A stretch of DNA of 62,955 nt, filler included, from Chiloscyllium plagiosum (lineage: Eukaryota), in the NCBI RefSeq assembly GCF_004010195.1. It is 5 parts of one record of this genome, joined end to end, with 100 filler letters (N's around TTAATTAATTAA, not from the genome) between each part and the next. Parts side by side here need not be neighbours in the genome. Positions count along the whole stretch, not along the records: positions 1 to 16,834 come from NC_057715.1; positions 16,935 to 26,814 come from NC_057715.1; 3 more parts are not named here. One strand, written 5' to 3'. This document shows, in pieces, positions 12,199 to 25,225 of this stretch. The notes below the pieces were generated by a model that had not been told where the DNA came from, made no database searches, and was given only the letters and a program-made list of their open reading frames with translations. The translations under genes and the position numbers were made by a program. Position 1 is the stretch's first letter. Each line of letters opens with the position of its first letter.

Positions 12199-12572
12199 GG
12201 TCGAGAGTGTAGTGCTGGAAAAGCACAGCAGGTCAGGCAGCATTCGAGGAACAGGAAAATCGATGTTTCAGGAATAAACCCTATGCCCGAAATGTCGATT
12301 CTCCTGCTTCTAGGATGCCGCCTGAGCTGCTGTGCTTTTCCAGCACCACACTCTTGACTCTGATCTCCAGCATTTGCAGTTCTCACTTTCTCCCAGATTG
12401 ATGGGAGTGTCATTGGATAGCTTCCTATTCCTGTTAGCCTCATTCCTGAAGAAGGGCTTATGCCCAAAACATCGATTCTCCTGCTCCTCGGATGCTGCCT
12501 GGCCTCCCGCGAGTTTCCAGCACCACACTTTTCAACTCTGGTCTCCAGCATCTGCAGTCCACACTTTCTCCT
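12199..12572. mobile_element. Two adjacent PLE family-1 mini-elements (fold-back 12199-12395; single arm ~12438-12572)
   Basis: Family-1 arm sequences. Direct repeats GATTGATGGG (12189/12396) and CCTGTTAGCC (12430/12576) flank them. Confidence 0.8.
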
Positions 12573-13417
12573 GTACCTGTTAGCCCACAAGCAGCGCTGT
12601 AAAACCATTTTACTTAATGGATCCATCCTGCCTCACGTCCTTTTATCTTCTGGGATTTCCAAAGGCAGGGAAACCCAGACAGCATTCATTAAAAAATAGA
12701 AAGCATGTTAAAATGGAGCCATGCAACCTCCTTAAATGTATTTCATGCCTGACTCACTTCCTGATAGTGGATTGGCCACTTGCCCATGTCTTGTTTCCAT
12801 TAAACTGGAAGCGGTTGGGTGCAAGCTGTATTGGATTTGGGTTTGAAATGTTAACTTTGCACTTGACCCAAACCCATTCATTATTAGGGAGTTAAAATTA
12901 CTATAAGGTGTGATAGCTTGATTTGCATAATTCTGCTGTTGAAATCATTATGACCTCATGACATTACATCTTATGTTTTCAGGTACCTTCTGAGCCACTG
13001 CATTTGGGGAAACTGAGTGGAAACACTCACTGGACAATGCATTGCACCCAGCATGGCGCACACATCTATAACCAAGGTACTTGCTAACTCTACTTCTTTA
13101 AAATGGGCTGGACTCGGTCATTGTTGGATAGTACTGTAGGTTTCAGGACGTACAGGGGCCTATTAGTTTTCAGTGAACTTCGGTTTAAATCCAGTTCTTC
13201 CTGCATTTGGATTCGGATGTCCTGTTCAAGCAAAATTTGCTGAGTCATTCTTAATGAACATGGGCTCAGAGCAAAGGAAAAGCACTGTTCTCAGTTTGGG
13301 ACTTTGTTTTATTCAGAGATCACAGCATGTGTGGGAAGTACGGGAGAGAGAGTGTATTTTGGGTATGAATGTCCCGAGGCACATTGTTCAGTAGGATAGT
13401 TGGAACTTTAAGAAGGA

Positions 13418-14600
13418 GTTGAGAGTGTGGTGCTGGAAAAGTACAGAAGTTAGGTAGCATCTGAGGAGCAGGAGAATCGACATTTCGGGTATAAGACATT
13501 CATCAGGAATGAGGCTTGTGAGCAACAGGGTAAAGAGATAAATATTAGTGGGGTGGGGCTGGGGGGAAGGTAGCTGAGAGGGAGGATAGGTAGATGAAGG
13601 TGGGGGTAATGGTGATAGGTTGGCGAGGAGGGTGGAGCAGGTAGGTAGGAAGGACGATGGGCAGGTCATAAGAGCAATGCTTAGTTGAAAGGTTGGATCT
13701 GGGATAAGGTAGGGGAGGGAAAAATGAGGAAACTGAAATGCACATTAATCCTGTGTGGTTGGAGGGTCCCAAAGTGGAAGGTGAGGTGTTCTTCCTCCAG
13801 GCGTCAGGTGGTTAGGGTTTGGTAATAGATGAGATCAAGCATTTGCATATCCTTGGTGGAGTGGGAGGGGGAGTTACTGTTTGGCAATGGGGCGGTGGGA
13901 TTGCTTTGTGGTTGTGTCTCAGAGATGTTCTCTCAAGCATTCTGCAAGTAGGTGTCCTGTCTCCCCAGTGTAGAGGAGCCTGCATCGGGAGCAACGAATA
14001 TAGTAAATGACGTGTGTAAGTGCAGGTAAATCTCTGATGGATGTGGAAGGCTCCTTTGGGGCTTTGTGGGGAGATGTGGGTGCAGGTTTTGCAATTCTTG
14101 CAGGTCAGGAGGGGAGCGTGGATTGGTGGGGTCATAGACCTGACAAGAGAGTTGTAGAGAGAATGATCTTTATGTAATGCAGATAGGGGTGGGAGAGAAT
14201 TATATCTCTGGTGGTGGGGTCTGGAATGGTGGAATGTCAGAGGATGATGCGATGTATCTGGAGATTGGTGCAGTGGAAGGTGAGAACCGGGGGTTTCTGT
14301 CCTTGTTGCGCTTGGAAGGTGGGGTTTGAGGGTGAAGATGTGGAAAGTGGGAGGGGAAATTGCGATCTTTGAAGAGGGAGGCCCTCTGTGGTGGAACTGG
14401 TCCTCCTGGGAGCAGATGTGGCGGAGGCAGAAGAATTGGGAATAAGGGATGGCATTTTTACAGGAGGCAGGGTGGGTGGAGGTGTAGTCCAAGTAGCTGT
14501 GGGAGTTGGTGGGTGTGTAGAAGATAGTCGCGTTGAATTGGTCATCGTTGATGGGGATAGAGAGGTCCAGGAAGTGGAGGGTAGTGGGAAATTTACTCTG
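13418..14600 (-). mobile_element. PLE family 1, 5'-truncated (RT C-terminus, GIY-YIG, pLTR), degraded
   Basis: LHFLDLSI..IFYTPTNSHSYLDYTSTHPASCKNAIPYSQF (PLE RT thumb region), then CKNCKTCTHI (Zn-knuckle linker), then the family-1 pLTR. Confidence 0.85.
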
Positions 14601-14834
14601 CATCTGTGATTGGGAGTTTCTGACAATGTATGCTGGAATTTTTAATGGTTCTGTTTCTGCTCACCAACTTCCCCCATGAGTTTCCTTTCAGTTTGATGAG
14701 TGCAAAAGGTTCCCAAAGTCTGAAATGAAAGTAGGTGTTAAATGGACATAAAGATGTGTAGCAGATTAAGAAGTAAAGCCACTTTCTCTCCTGTGTCATC
14801 CACCAGGATATCTGAGGGGGTGGTGTTACATAGT

Positions 14835-15200
14835 TGGGAGGTGGTAGTAATATCACTGGACTAAGTAAGCTAGAGACACAGACTAATGTTCTAAGGACCT
14901 GGGTTCAAATGCTACCATGGCAAATGATGAAACTTAGAACTCACTGAAAAAAGTGCGAGAATTAAAAGCTAGTCTAATGGTGATCATGTAACTATTGTAG
15001 ATCTTTGTCTGGCTCACCAATGTCCTTTAGGGAAGGAAATCTACTATCCTTACCTGCTCTGACTCCAGACCCACAACAATGTTGTTGATACTTAATTGCC
15101 CTCAGAAATAGCTTAAAACGGTAATCAGTTCAAGGACGTCTTGGGATGGTCAGCAGTTGCTGGTCTTATCAGTGATGCCCATATCCTATAAAAAATGAGG
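14835..15200 (+). mobile_element. Second tRNA-derived SINE family
   Basis: B-box-like GGGTTCAAAT and body AATGTCCTTTAGGGAAGGAAATCT. The 3' tail GGGATGG..GCTGG..CAGTGATGCCCA resembles the 3' end of the LINE at 22030-23890. Confidence 0.55.
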
Positions 15201-15559
15201 AATTATTTTTGCATGGACATCAGACTCTAGCCTCCAGATGATATCGTTTATTTTGTGACTTGCCAGGTTAGGGACGATCGCCTATGTGCTCCATATTTTG
15301 AACAAAATTGATGCTTCAGTCTCAGAGGTAATAACATCACATATAACTGATGTCTCCTTTGCAACATTCTGTAGAAAACGACAGATTCAAGGAGAAAGGA
15401 ACAGATATCATTTTCAAGTCTTCTTCAGAATCAGTTTGCCCATTGGATGTCAGACTTACCAGAAAAGCTATGGGACGAGTCACTGTGCAATCTGGCGATT
15501 CCAGGTAATGATGAGTGGTTCATCCTAACGTTGTCTTATGTGGCCAATCGGAATGGAAT

Positions 15560-16065
15560 GGAATAGAACAGGAACAGGCCATTCAGCCCATCAAGACTGC
15601 CCAGACATTTAACATAATCATGGCTGAGCAAACCCATCCCAAAATCTGTATGCCACCGGTAATCAAACATCTATCCGTTGTTACCTAAAACATTAATGAA
15701 AGATTGAGCTTTCAGAGGCTGTTCTGTAGAGACCTCCAAAAGTTCACACCCCTCTGAGTGAAAAACAATTCTCCTCATCTCAAACCCTAAGTGGCATACC
15801 TTTTATTTTTAAATTTTAAACAAAGGGAAGTTCTAGTCTCCCTAACAAGGGGTAATATTTGACCTGCATCTGCTCTCTCTATCCCTTTTTAAGTATTTTG
15901 TTGTTTTCAATGAAATCACCTCTCATTCTTTGGAACTCTAAGAGAATACAGACCAAGTGTGCCCAAGCTCTCTTCAAAGAACAGTCCTGCCATCCTGGGA
16001 ACAAGTCTGCTGCATTCCTTGGTTGCATTCCCTCCATAGCAATAATATCTTTCCTGAGATAAGAA
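15560..16065 (-). mobile_element. CR1 LINE 3' fragment
   Basis: Minus ORF YLRKDIIAMEGMQ..LEFQRMRGDFIE..KILKG; (GGAAT)n and AGAAC tail. Confidence 0.75.
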
Positions 16066-16315
16066 TGAAAATGTGAAAGCATGGTTAATCAGTTTGTGGA
16101 TGACATCAAAATTTATGGTATATCGGAACGGTTTTCTAAGACTACAAAGAGATCTTGATCAATTGGATCAATGGGCTGACGAGTGGCAGATGGAGTTGAA
16201 TTTGGATAAATGCGAGGGTATTGCATTTTGGTAAAACAAGGGCAGGACTTATACAATTAATGTTATGGCTGTGGCTAATTTTGTAGAACAGACAGACCTA
16301 GAGATTCAGGTTCTG

Positions 16316-16834
16316 GATCAGTGGTGCTGGAAGAGCACAGCAGTTCAGGCAGCATCCGAGGACAGGCAAAATCGACGTTTCGGGCAAAAGCCCTTCATCA
16401 GGAATAAAGGCAGAGAGCCTGAAGCGTGGAGAGATAAGCTAGAGGAGGGTGGACTGTAAAACCTGTGCACACACCTCCTCCCTCACCTCCATCCAAGGCC
16501 CTAAAGGAGCCTTCCACATCCATCAAAGTTTTACCTGCACATCCACTAATATCATTTATTGTATCCGTTGCTCACGATGCGGTCTCCTCTACATTGGGGA
16601 GACTGGACGCCTCCTAGCAGAGCGCTTTAGGGAACACCTCCGAGACACCCGCACCAATCAACCAAACCGCCCCGTGGCCCAACATTTCAACCCCCCCTCC
16701 CACTCTGCCGAGGATATGGAGGTGCTGGCCCTCCTCCACCGCCGCTCCCTCACCACCAGACGCATGGAAGAAGAACGCCTCATCTTCCACCTCGGAACAC
16801 TTCAACCCCAGGCCATCAATGTGGATTTCAACAG
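16316..16834 (+). mobile_element. Young PLE family-1 insertion (inverted pLTR 16316-16450 + intact GIY-YIG frame), running into a gap
   Basis: CKTCAH..FTCTSTNIIYCIRCSRCGLLYIGETGRLLAERFREH..PVAQHFN..RRMEEERLIFHLGTLQPQAIN. The insertion interrupts a plus-strand CR1 (16075-16300). Confidence 0.9.
16374..16401 (-). ncRNA. Minimal hammerhead ribozyme core (family 1)
   Basis: Reverse complement reads CTGATGA-A-GGGC-TTTT-GCCC-GAAA-CGTC. Confidence 0.75.
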
Positions 16835-16934
16835 NNNNNNNNNNNNNNNNNNNNNNNNNNNNNNNNNNNNNNNNNNNNTTAATTAATTAANNNNNNNNNN
16901 NNNNNNNNNNNNNNNNNNNNNNNNNNNNNNNNNN
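16835..16934. other. Assembly gap with artificial linker (44N + TTAATTAATTAA + 44N)
   Basis: An identical 100-nt structure occurs at four places in the window. Confidence 0.97.
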
Positions 16935-18010
16935 TAAGGTCCTAGGGAGTGTTGCTGAACAAAGAGACTTTGGAGTGCAGATTCATAGCTCCTTGAAAGT
17001 GGATTCACAGGTAGATAGGATAGTGAAGAAGGCGTTTGGTATGCTTTCCTTTATTGAGTACAGGAGTTGGGAGGTCATGTTGCAGCTGTACAGGACATTA
17101 GTTAGGCCACTGTTGGAATATCTGGTCGGCATGGACGGGTTGGACCAACGGGTCTGTTTCCATGCTGTACATCTCTATGACTCTATGACTTCCTCTGGCA
17201 GCTCATCCCATCCATACACCACCCTCTGCATGAAAACTTTGCCCCTTGAGTCTCTTTTATATCTTTCCCCTCTCATCTTAAACCTATGTCCTCAGGTTCT
17301 GCACTTGCCTACCCTGGGAAAAAAGGCCAACTTATCTTTGCCCCTCATGATTTTATAAACCTCCATAACATCACCCCTCAGCCTCTGAAGCTCCAGAGAA
17401 AATTGCCCCAGCCTATTTAGCATCTCCTTATAACTCAAGTCCTCTGAAGCCGGCAACATCCTTGCAAATATTTTCTGCAGCCTTTCAAGTTTTATAACAT
17501 CTTTCCTATAGCAGGGAGACCAAAAATGAATGTAGTATTCCAAAAATGACATAACCAATGTCCTATCCAACTGCAACATAACATCCCAACTCCTATTCTC
17601 AATGCACTGACCAATAAAGGCATGTGTACCAAACTGTATGAAATCCTGATCAGTCTTAATGTGCTGAAGATGGAAAGTTTGTTTCACTTGTGTCTCAGTC
17701 CAGAATAAAGGGGCACTGTCATAAAATGAGTGTTGCCATTTTTGAGACACAGATGAGGAGAATATGTTTCTGTCAGAGGGTTGTGTGACTTTGGAAATCT
17801 GTCTCAGAAACTGGTCGAGGTCGGGGATCACTGATTATTGTTAAAGTGGATAAGTAGATTCTTCTTAGGCATTGTGGAGGTGTGGTGTGGAGGGGGAAGG
17901 AGATGAGAACGAGGAATTGAAAATGCACAGAGATCAGCTATGATCGTGTTGAATGGTGGAGCAGGCACAAGGGGCTGAATGGCCTCCACTTCTAATTGTA
18001 TGTTTGTAAC
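16935..18010. mobile_element. Cluster of CR1 3' fragments (+ 16935-17190 with internal deletion; - 17190-17630; + 17650-18010)
   Basis: KKAFGMLSFI..EVMLQLYRTLVRPLLEY on +; FWSPCYRKDVIKLERLQK..LRGDVMEVYKIMRG on -. Confidence 0.8.
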
Positions 18011-19639
18011 ACTGGACTCTGGTGGGTCTACTATTCCTCCTCTGGTGCAGTCTACAATAGACAGGTGTTAGGGACTAAGTGGCTGGCAACTCTTGTTGAT
18101 GCTTCAGTGGGATTTCCACTCCGAGTACTCTCAATCCTGGGGAAAGGCATTGCATTTTCAGAAGCTGGCTAGGTCTCCTGGAGTCAGTGCAGAGCAGATT
18201 TGCTGGAATGGTACATGGAAGGAAGGATATTACTTATGATAATGGATTGGATAGGGTTCATTTGGTTTTTAATAAGTGCATTCAAAATCAGGAATGGCTT
18301 TGATAGAGTCTCTAAGAAGGAAGTGATGCCAGTGGCAAAAGGCGCAGTAAACAGAGGACACATTTTTAAAGTGGTTGATAAAAGCGCTAGAGGTGACATA
18401 AGGTAACATTTTATTTTTCTCGTGGTAGTGTGGAGTGTTTCAAGAGGAAACCTTGAAGGCCAATTGGGAAGGAATGGGGTCAAACACCTAACTGGCTAGC
18501 TCTTTCAAAGAGCTCGTACATGCTTGATGGCGTCCTTTTGGGCTGTTGGATTGTTTTTTGTTTTCAGCTCACTTGGGCTGCAATCATCTGACACAGCACA
18601 ATCCAGGGTTAACCCCAGAACTTTTCTGGAGTTGGAGATTTTCTTGTGTAAAGGCATAGTATAATTCAACATGTTGGTATTGTAAATCTCAGTTTCTCAC
18701 TGAACTATCAATGAAAGTTGATGCAAGATTCCAAGCATTTTTTACATTTCAAATTTGGATAAGGCAAATATATAAATGTTGCATTGAGATTGGGAACACT
18801 TCCAGTCCATTACACATGTTTTGAATAAATTGCAGCTGTTCATTAACACGAAAATGCTGAATGTCTTAATGTTTTCTCTTCGATTTGCAGCCAAAGTATT
18901 GCTTTTAAGATAAACCATGTGCAGATTAATGCGTTGGAATCACGCTGTGTGACATTGGTTACAAATGCTAACTTTTTAATAATGTTGATAAAGACAAGAC
19001 CCAAATGCAAGTTAAACCCCAAAGTCTCCCTTGGTCATTCCATGATTAGATCATCCTTTCTTTGACCCCATCTAATCACAGGTATGGAGTTCAGCAGAGA
19101 GAAACCACCATAAAATGTTGTCATTTTGGAAGGTGGGAATCACATGGTCAACACTTACAATTGTCCATCCCTAGTTAAAACCTGAGAAAGTGGTGGTGAG
19201 TCTGTTTCTTGAATATCTGTGTCATTAAGGTGTTGCAACAGAGCTGAAGATTTGGACCCAGCAATTCCCAGAAAGAACAGTGATTCATAAACAAGTCACA
19301 GTATTTGACCTGAAAGTGAACTTGGAGATTATGGTATTCCCATGCAACCATACCCACTCATGAATGATAACTAAAGTGAGATTCTGCACCAGATCCAAGC
19401 AATCTCTGCAGACCATACTTTTAACTTTAGCAGTGATGAAAGGGCTGAAAATACTTTTGACATGGAAATCCTATTTCAATTAACAAGGAGCTCTGGTTTA
19501 TATTTATTTCATCATGTCTTATCCAATTTTTCCTTTACAAAATGAAACAATCTGCCATTGTAATATGCAACTGGAACAATATTGGCGGCGAAACATTCTC
19601 TCACCCCTCTCCATTTTTAGATCACTCTTCGCTGGGGAG

Positions 19640-19980
19640 GGGGGTTGGATGTGGAGGTACAGATTTTTTAAAGTGAATATTCCTACTTGTGGGCAATGCA
19701 GTACAAGAGGCCGTAGTTTTAGGCTAATGGGGTAGCAGATTTACAACAGAGATGAGGAGGAATTACTTCCCTCAAAGGGTCGTGAATCTATGGAATTGCT
19801 ATCCCAGAATGCACTGGGACATTGAATAAATTTAAGGAAGGGATAGAAATTTTTAAGTAGTAGTGGGATGAAAGGTTATGGGGAACGGGCAAGGAAGTGG
19901 AATTCAGACTGAGATGAGATCAGCCATTATTGTATTAAATGGTCGAGCAGGCTTGAGGGGCTGAACTGCCTACTCCTTCT
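19640..19980 (+). mobile_element. CR1 LINE 3' fragment
   Basis: ACAAGAGGCCGTAGTTTTAGG..GAGATGAGGAGGAATTACTTC..GTGAATCTATGGAA and a 3'UTR ending GCCTACTCCT. Confidence 0.7.
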
Positions 19981-20004
19981 TAATGTTGATTGACTGATGG
20001 ATTG

Positions 20005-20280
20005 ATTGATTTTATTTCCTGTCACATGTACTGAAATACAGTGAAATACAGCTTTATTTATGAGTGTACAGGCAGATCATAGCAAGCAAGGAGATACAGA
20101 TCAAAAAGACTTAGACAGAGGCATACAGGTTACATTGCACAAGACGTGCACTAGGTGAGATCAATGTTAGCAAGATCAGCATTATTTGAGGCTAGAGAGT
20201 CTATTCAATAGTCTTGCAAGGAAGAAGCTGTTTCTGAACCTGCTGGTGCGTGTGTTCAGGCATCTGTATCTTCTGCCTTG
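20005..20280 (-). mobile_element. Rex1/Babar-type LINE 3' end
   Basis: Similar to 60165-60330 and 60710-60760 (GTCACATGTAC..CAGTGAAA..AAGCTGTTT..CTGGTGCGTGTGTTCAGG). Confidence 0.6.
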
Positions 20281-21514
20281 TTTCACTCTCAGGAGGAATT
20301 GATTTTGAGTTCAATACCAATGTTTGTTGGCATGATGCAGTGGGTCAACATTGAAGCTTGACCATAACAGAAGGCTGCTCAAACAGGCTATCAACTACTG
20401 GGGTGGATTTTGCTCAGGCATGTAATCAGCACTGAGGATTGGTATCCTGTTGAAGCAACCATCCAGTTGATTTTCAATTGGAATCAAAACTGGTTCCCTG
20501 CAGTTTTGGATGGTCAGTAAGCCAGGATCACACATGTGAGGTCCAGAAACTGAACTCACCCAGACATCCTGATGCTGAGATCAGGATTTTTGTTTCTCTC
20601 TATACCTTTTCTCTGGTCTCCGTTTCTCTGCTCTATTAATGTCAGGTTAAATGCTCTTCCACACATCTTAATTTGCGCATTCAAATGTTAGATGACAAAC
20701 CAAAAACTTGAGATACAGAGGACTTGTGTTGCCCTAGGAAACATGTTTAAGGAACAGTTTATGTGGCATTTGCTTTCGTCCTCTGGAAGTCATAATCAAA
20801 TCTCCAATATTCCAGAAAGGTGAAATAAAGGAAACATAGATATTTTTATGGAGTGCATCCTAGCAGAAATAATATTCAGAGAGTTGCAAGCTTTGGGAGT
20901 TCAAATGAGGACTAAAAGCAGTTGAAATGGAGATGTCCACTGAGATGGTTTGCTGTAGCTATAGGTTTTGTCTGATGTCATTGTCAAATGTGGATTCCAA
21001 AGCCTATTCCTACATACTGGCAATTCTTTCTTCTCTGGTCAAAGTCTTGCCTTGAGAAATTAACAAGAGTCAATATTGCCAGTTTAAGTTGAAATAAAGC
21101 TTGGCAGTTAACTGTCAGTCAACATCCAACTAGTGCGTTCTCCATGATAACATCTCTACCAATCATAGCCTACTTTCCAACCAATCAATCATCCCTGGTC
21201 ATAAAATGCAAATCGGTGTAACATGCAGCAAGGTGGAAACCTATGACAAATTAGATCTTTTTTCCAGCAATACTCAAATTCTTTTACCTTGTTCTTCTAT
21301 AAGATAAAATTAAATAGCTTTCATCGATCCTGTTCAAGAATAGGACGGTTGAAGTGTTGTCAGGGACGGAATGGTAGAGTGGAGAAGCTGAAGCCACCAT
21401 TATCCCAAATGATCACTTGCTTTTGTGCCTCAAAGGTAAATCTACTCTGCTGAGAAATTCCCTTGGAATCCAAGGACCTTCCTGAATTTTCTTTGCTGAG
21501 GTCACTTTTTTTTT

Positions 21515-21765
21515 TAGATTAGATTAGATTACTTTACAGTGTGGAAACAGGCCCTTCGGCCCAACAAGTCCACACCGACCCGCCGAAGCGCAAACCACCC
21601 ATACCCCTACATTTACCCCTTACCTAACACTACGGACAATTTAGCATGGCCAATTCACCTAACCTGCACATCTTTGGACAGTGGGAGGAAACCGGAGCAC
21701 CCGGAGGAAACCCACGCAGACACGGGGAAAATGTGCAAACTCCACACAGTCAGTCGCCTGAGGCG
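21515..21765 (-). mobile_element. HE1-type V-SINE (head truncated)
   Basis: Reverse complement of the V-domain and tail; (TTAGA)n end. Confidence 0.85.
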
Positions 21766-22029
21766 ACATTTAATGACCCTGATATTGTCAAGCTTGATCC
21801 ATCCTCACTCCAGGGTCAAAGTCTTGAAATGACTTAGCTCACAACATAACAAGGGCATCTTCACCTTATAGGCTGGAGCACATCAAGAAAAACACCCACT
21901 ATACCTTCTCATGGGCAACTGGTGATAAATCCTAGCCTTGCTGGCAGTGCCCATAAGCCAAGAGCAGTGTGTGGAACTAATGGTTCCACAACCAATGGAT
22001 CAGATCTAAGCTCTGCAGACCTGCCACAT

Positions 22030-23890
22030 CCAGTAATGAAGTTAGTCAGCATTTAAACAACTCACTGGAGGAGGAGGCTCCTCAAATATTCCCATCTCAA
22101 TGATGAGAGAGCCCCGCGCATCAGTGCAAAAGATAAGGCTGAAGTACGTGCAACAATTTTCAGCCAGGAGTGGCCAGTGGATGATCTATCTCAGCTTTCT
22201 CTAGAGGTCCCCAGTTTCTTTTTATAAAATATTCTACACATAGGATGTGGGTCTATCTCTAGTTGCCCTTGGGAAGGTAGTGTGAGCTGATAGTGTACAT
22301 CACAAATGCCAGTCTTCAGTCAATTCGATTTACTTTATGTGATATCAAGACACAATTGGAAACACTGGATACTGCAAAGGCTATAGGCCAAGACCATATT
22401 CCAGCAATAGTACTGAAGATATGTGCTCCAGAACTTGCTGCTTCCCTGCTTCCCTAGCCAAGCTTTTCCAGTAAAGTTACAGTGCTGACATCTATTTGAC
22501 GATGTGGAAAATTGCCCAGCTATGTCCTGTACACAAAAGGCTGGAGAAAGCAACTCGGCCAGTTACTGCCCCATCAGTCTACTCTCATTCATCAGCAAAA
22601 TGTTAGAAGGTGTCATCAGCAGTGCTATCAACCAGTACCTGTTCAGCAATAAACTGTTCAGTGATGCCCAGCTTGGGTTCCACCAAGGCCACTCAGTGCC
22701 TGACCTCTTTACAGCCTTGATTCAAATATGGATAAAAGAGCTGAGTTCTAGAGGTGAGGTGAGAGTGACAGCCCTTGGCATTAGGGCTGCATTCAACCGA
22801 GTGTGGTGACAAGGAGTTCTAGCAAAACTGGAATCAATGGGAATCAGAGGACAATTTCTACTGGTTGGAGCCATACCTGGCACTTAGGAAGATGGTCATA
22901 GCTATTGAAGGTCAGTCACCTCAGCTTCAGGACATCACTGCAGGACTTCCTCAGAGTATTGGCCTATACCCAACCATTTCCTGCTGCTTCATTAAGTACC
23001 TTCCCTCCATCATAAGGTCAGATGGTGAAGTTAATTGATGATTGCACAATGTTCTATACCATTCAGAGCTCCTCAGGTACTGAAACAGTCCATGTCCAAA
23101 TACAACGATTCTTGGACAATATCCAGGCTTGGGGCAACAAGTGGCAAGCAACATTCATGTCTCATATATGCCAAGCAATGACCATATCCAACAAGAAAAG
23201 GACTAACCACAATTCTTTGACATTCAATGGTGTTATCATAATCATCTATCACCTCCCTTCAGGTTACTATTGACCAGAAGCTGAACTGGACTAGACATAT
23301 ACATTAAGTGGCTCCAAAAGCAGATGAGAGGCTGTGGGAATACTGTGGTGAGTAACTCATCTCCTGACTCCCTATGCCTGTCCACCATCTACAAGGCACA
23401 AGAGGACTGTAATGGAATACTCTAAACTTACCTGAATGTGTGCAACTACAACAATATGCAAGGCTTTTGACATCATCCAGCACAATGCAGCTCAAATTCA
23501 CAAATATCCATTCCCTCCACCAACTGATGCTTAATAATAACAGTGTGTACCATCTATGAGGTGCACTGCAGAAATTTATCAAGGATCCCAAAGAAGCGTC
23601 TTCTAAACTCATGACCACTACCATCTGGAAGGACAAGAGAGAGTAGCAGATACATGAGGACATCACCTCCTGCAAGGTCCCTTCTAAGCCACTTACCATC
23701 ACAACTTGGAAATATATTGCTGTCACTGGATTAAAATCATGAGATTCTTCCTAACAGCATTGTCAGTCTACTTCCACCAAATGGACAACTGCGGTTCAAG
23801 CAGGCAGCTCACTACCACCTTCTCGAGGGTAACTAAGGATGGCCATGAAATGCTGGCCAGCCAGTGTCACCCACATTCCATCAATGGATA
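22030..23890 (+). mobile_element. CR1/L2-group LINE family B, RT through 3' end, degraded
   Basis: SYCPISLLSFISKMLE..FSDAQLGFHQGHS..ALGIRAAFNRVW and KLIDDCTMF..LDNIQAWGNKWQATF. 3'UTR GCGGTTCAAG..GCAGCTCAC..CCACCTTCTC. Confidence 0.85.
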
Positions 23891-24854
23891 TGCAGAAGAG
23901 ATACCAAAGCTAAACTTGAAATTTGATGTCCCAGGTTAATCTTTCAGTCCCTGCAGTTACATATAAATAACAACAGCTTATTAACTTGACAAATAATTAT
24001 TTTTTCTAATGTTTGTGAATAACATAGCTTTATTTTATCTCAGTAGCTCATAATTTATGGTAGTGAAACCTATTAAATTCAGTTTTTATTGCCACTGACT
24101 TCCAACTTAAATTACTGATCAATATCAGAGAAAGGCAAAGAAATGCATCCTGTTTGTCCCTGAACATAATATCGAGACAAGTTTATAGCAGTGAGGTGAT
24201 TGTTGATATTCCCCCAAAGGGAGGAAAGCAATTCCCTCAATTATGTGTTTCAGGCTAAAATTTTCAGTTGAGTGTAGTAAGGGCTATTTGACAAGCTGGG
24301 TCCTAGACAGTGTAAACTAGAGGGCGGAGTGTAATAATGGTCTGAGAAACATGGGCAGTTGAAAGAAGTTTGGCAGGATTTAACTAGGAGTCTGGTAAGG
24401 CCCGTCTTGATGTTTGAGAGAATCTCATTTCATCTTTTAAGTTTTTATCAAACTTCATAGATCAGTTTCTTGCTTGGTGCACAGCAGCCTTTCAAAGATG
24501 GCACAGTTGCAAATGATGCTGGTCTTTTGTCACAATTCTGGCAAGTTGTTTTGGTAATGGCACATGAACGGGGCTGGAATCGGATGTGATGGATACCATG
24601 GGGTGGGGTAGGTGATTAATGTGGTGAGTTTGGTAAGAAACGGTGAGAAAACTCTCTCAGCTTTGCAGCAGAAATCCCTCCAAAAAAACTCAAACACAAC
24701 TTGGATTTAGCCAAAAAGACAGAGGATCCAACTCAGAATGGTAGATCATTTGTTGCCCAGCAGTTTTTCCTCGAAATTGGATGAAGATATACATCAGACA
24801 TGAGGAAAGATCAAATGTTCCCCTTTCCTTGCGGTGAAAGCAGAGATTCATCAA

Positions 24855-25225
24855 TATGTTTCTTCATTCATTCCTGGATAAGGATGCCACTAGCAAGGCC
24901 AACCTTTGTTGCCTATCCTTAATTTTCCTCAAACAAAATGGCTTTCTTAGGTATTCCAGAAGACACTTAGAATGTAGCCCTGTTGTTGCAGGTCTGGAGT
25001 TACATGTGGGCCAGACCAGTAAACAATGGCTGATCTTCCTTTGCTAAACAGCATTAGTCAAGTAGATGGGCTTGTTTTAACTATTGACAATGATTGCATG
25101 GTCACCATTAGGCTAGCATTTTTTTATTGCAGATAAGTTCATTGATTTCAAAGTCAACACCTGCAAGAATTTAACCTTGGTCACTAGATTTCTTGACCAG
25201 CGACAGTAGTACAATGCCATTGCAT
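24855..25225 (-). mobile_element. tRNA-SINE (family of 14835-15200), degraded
   Basis: Reverse-complement similarity: GTCTGGAGT..TTCCTTTGCTAAAC..CATTAGT..ATGGTCACCATTAG. Confidence 0.5.

Noticed and set aside
16879..16890. TTAATTAATTAA palindrome as a biological motif
   Set aside because: It is embedded in N runs identically four times, so it is a scaffolding linker.
20728..20742. RFX X-box-like motif GTTGCCCTAGGAAAC
   Set aside because: A single short motif with no promoter context; plausible by chance in 63 kb.
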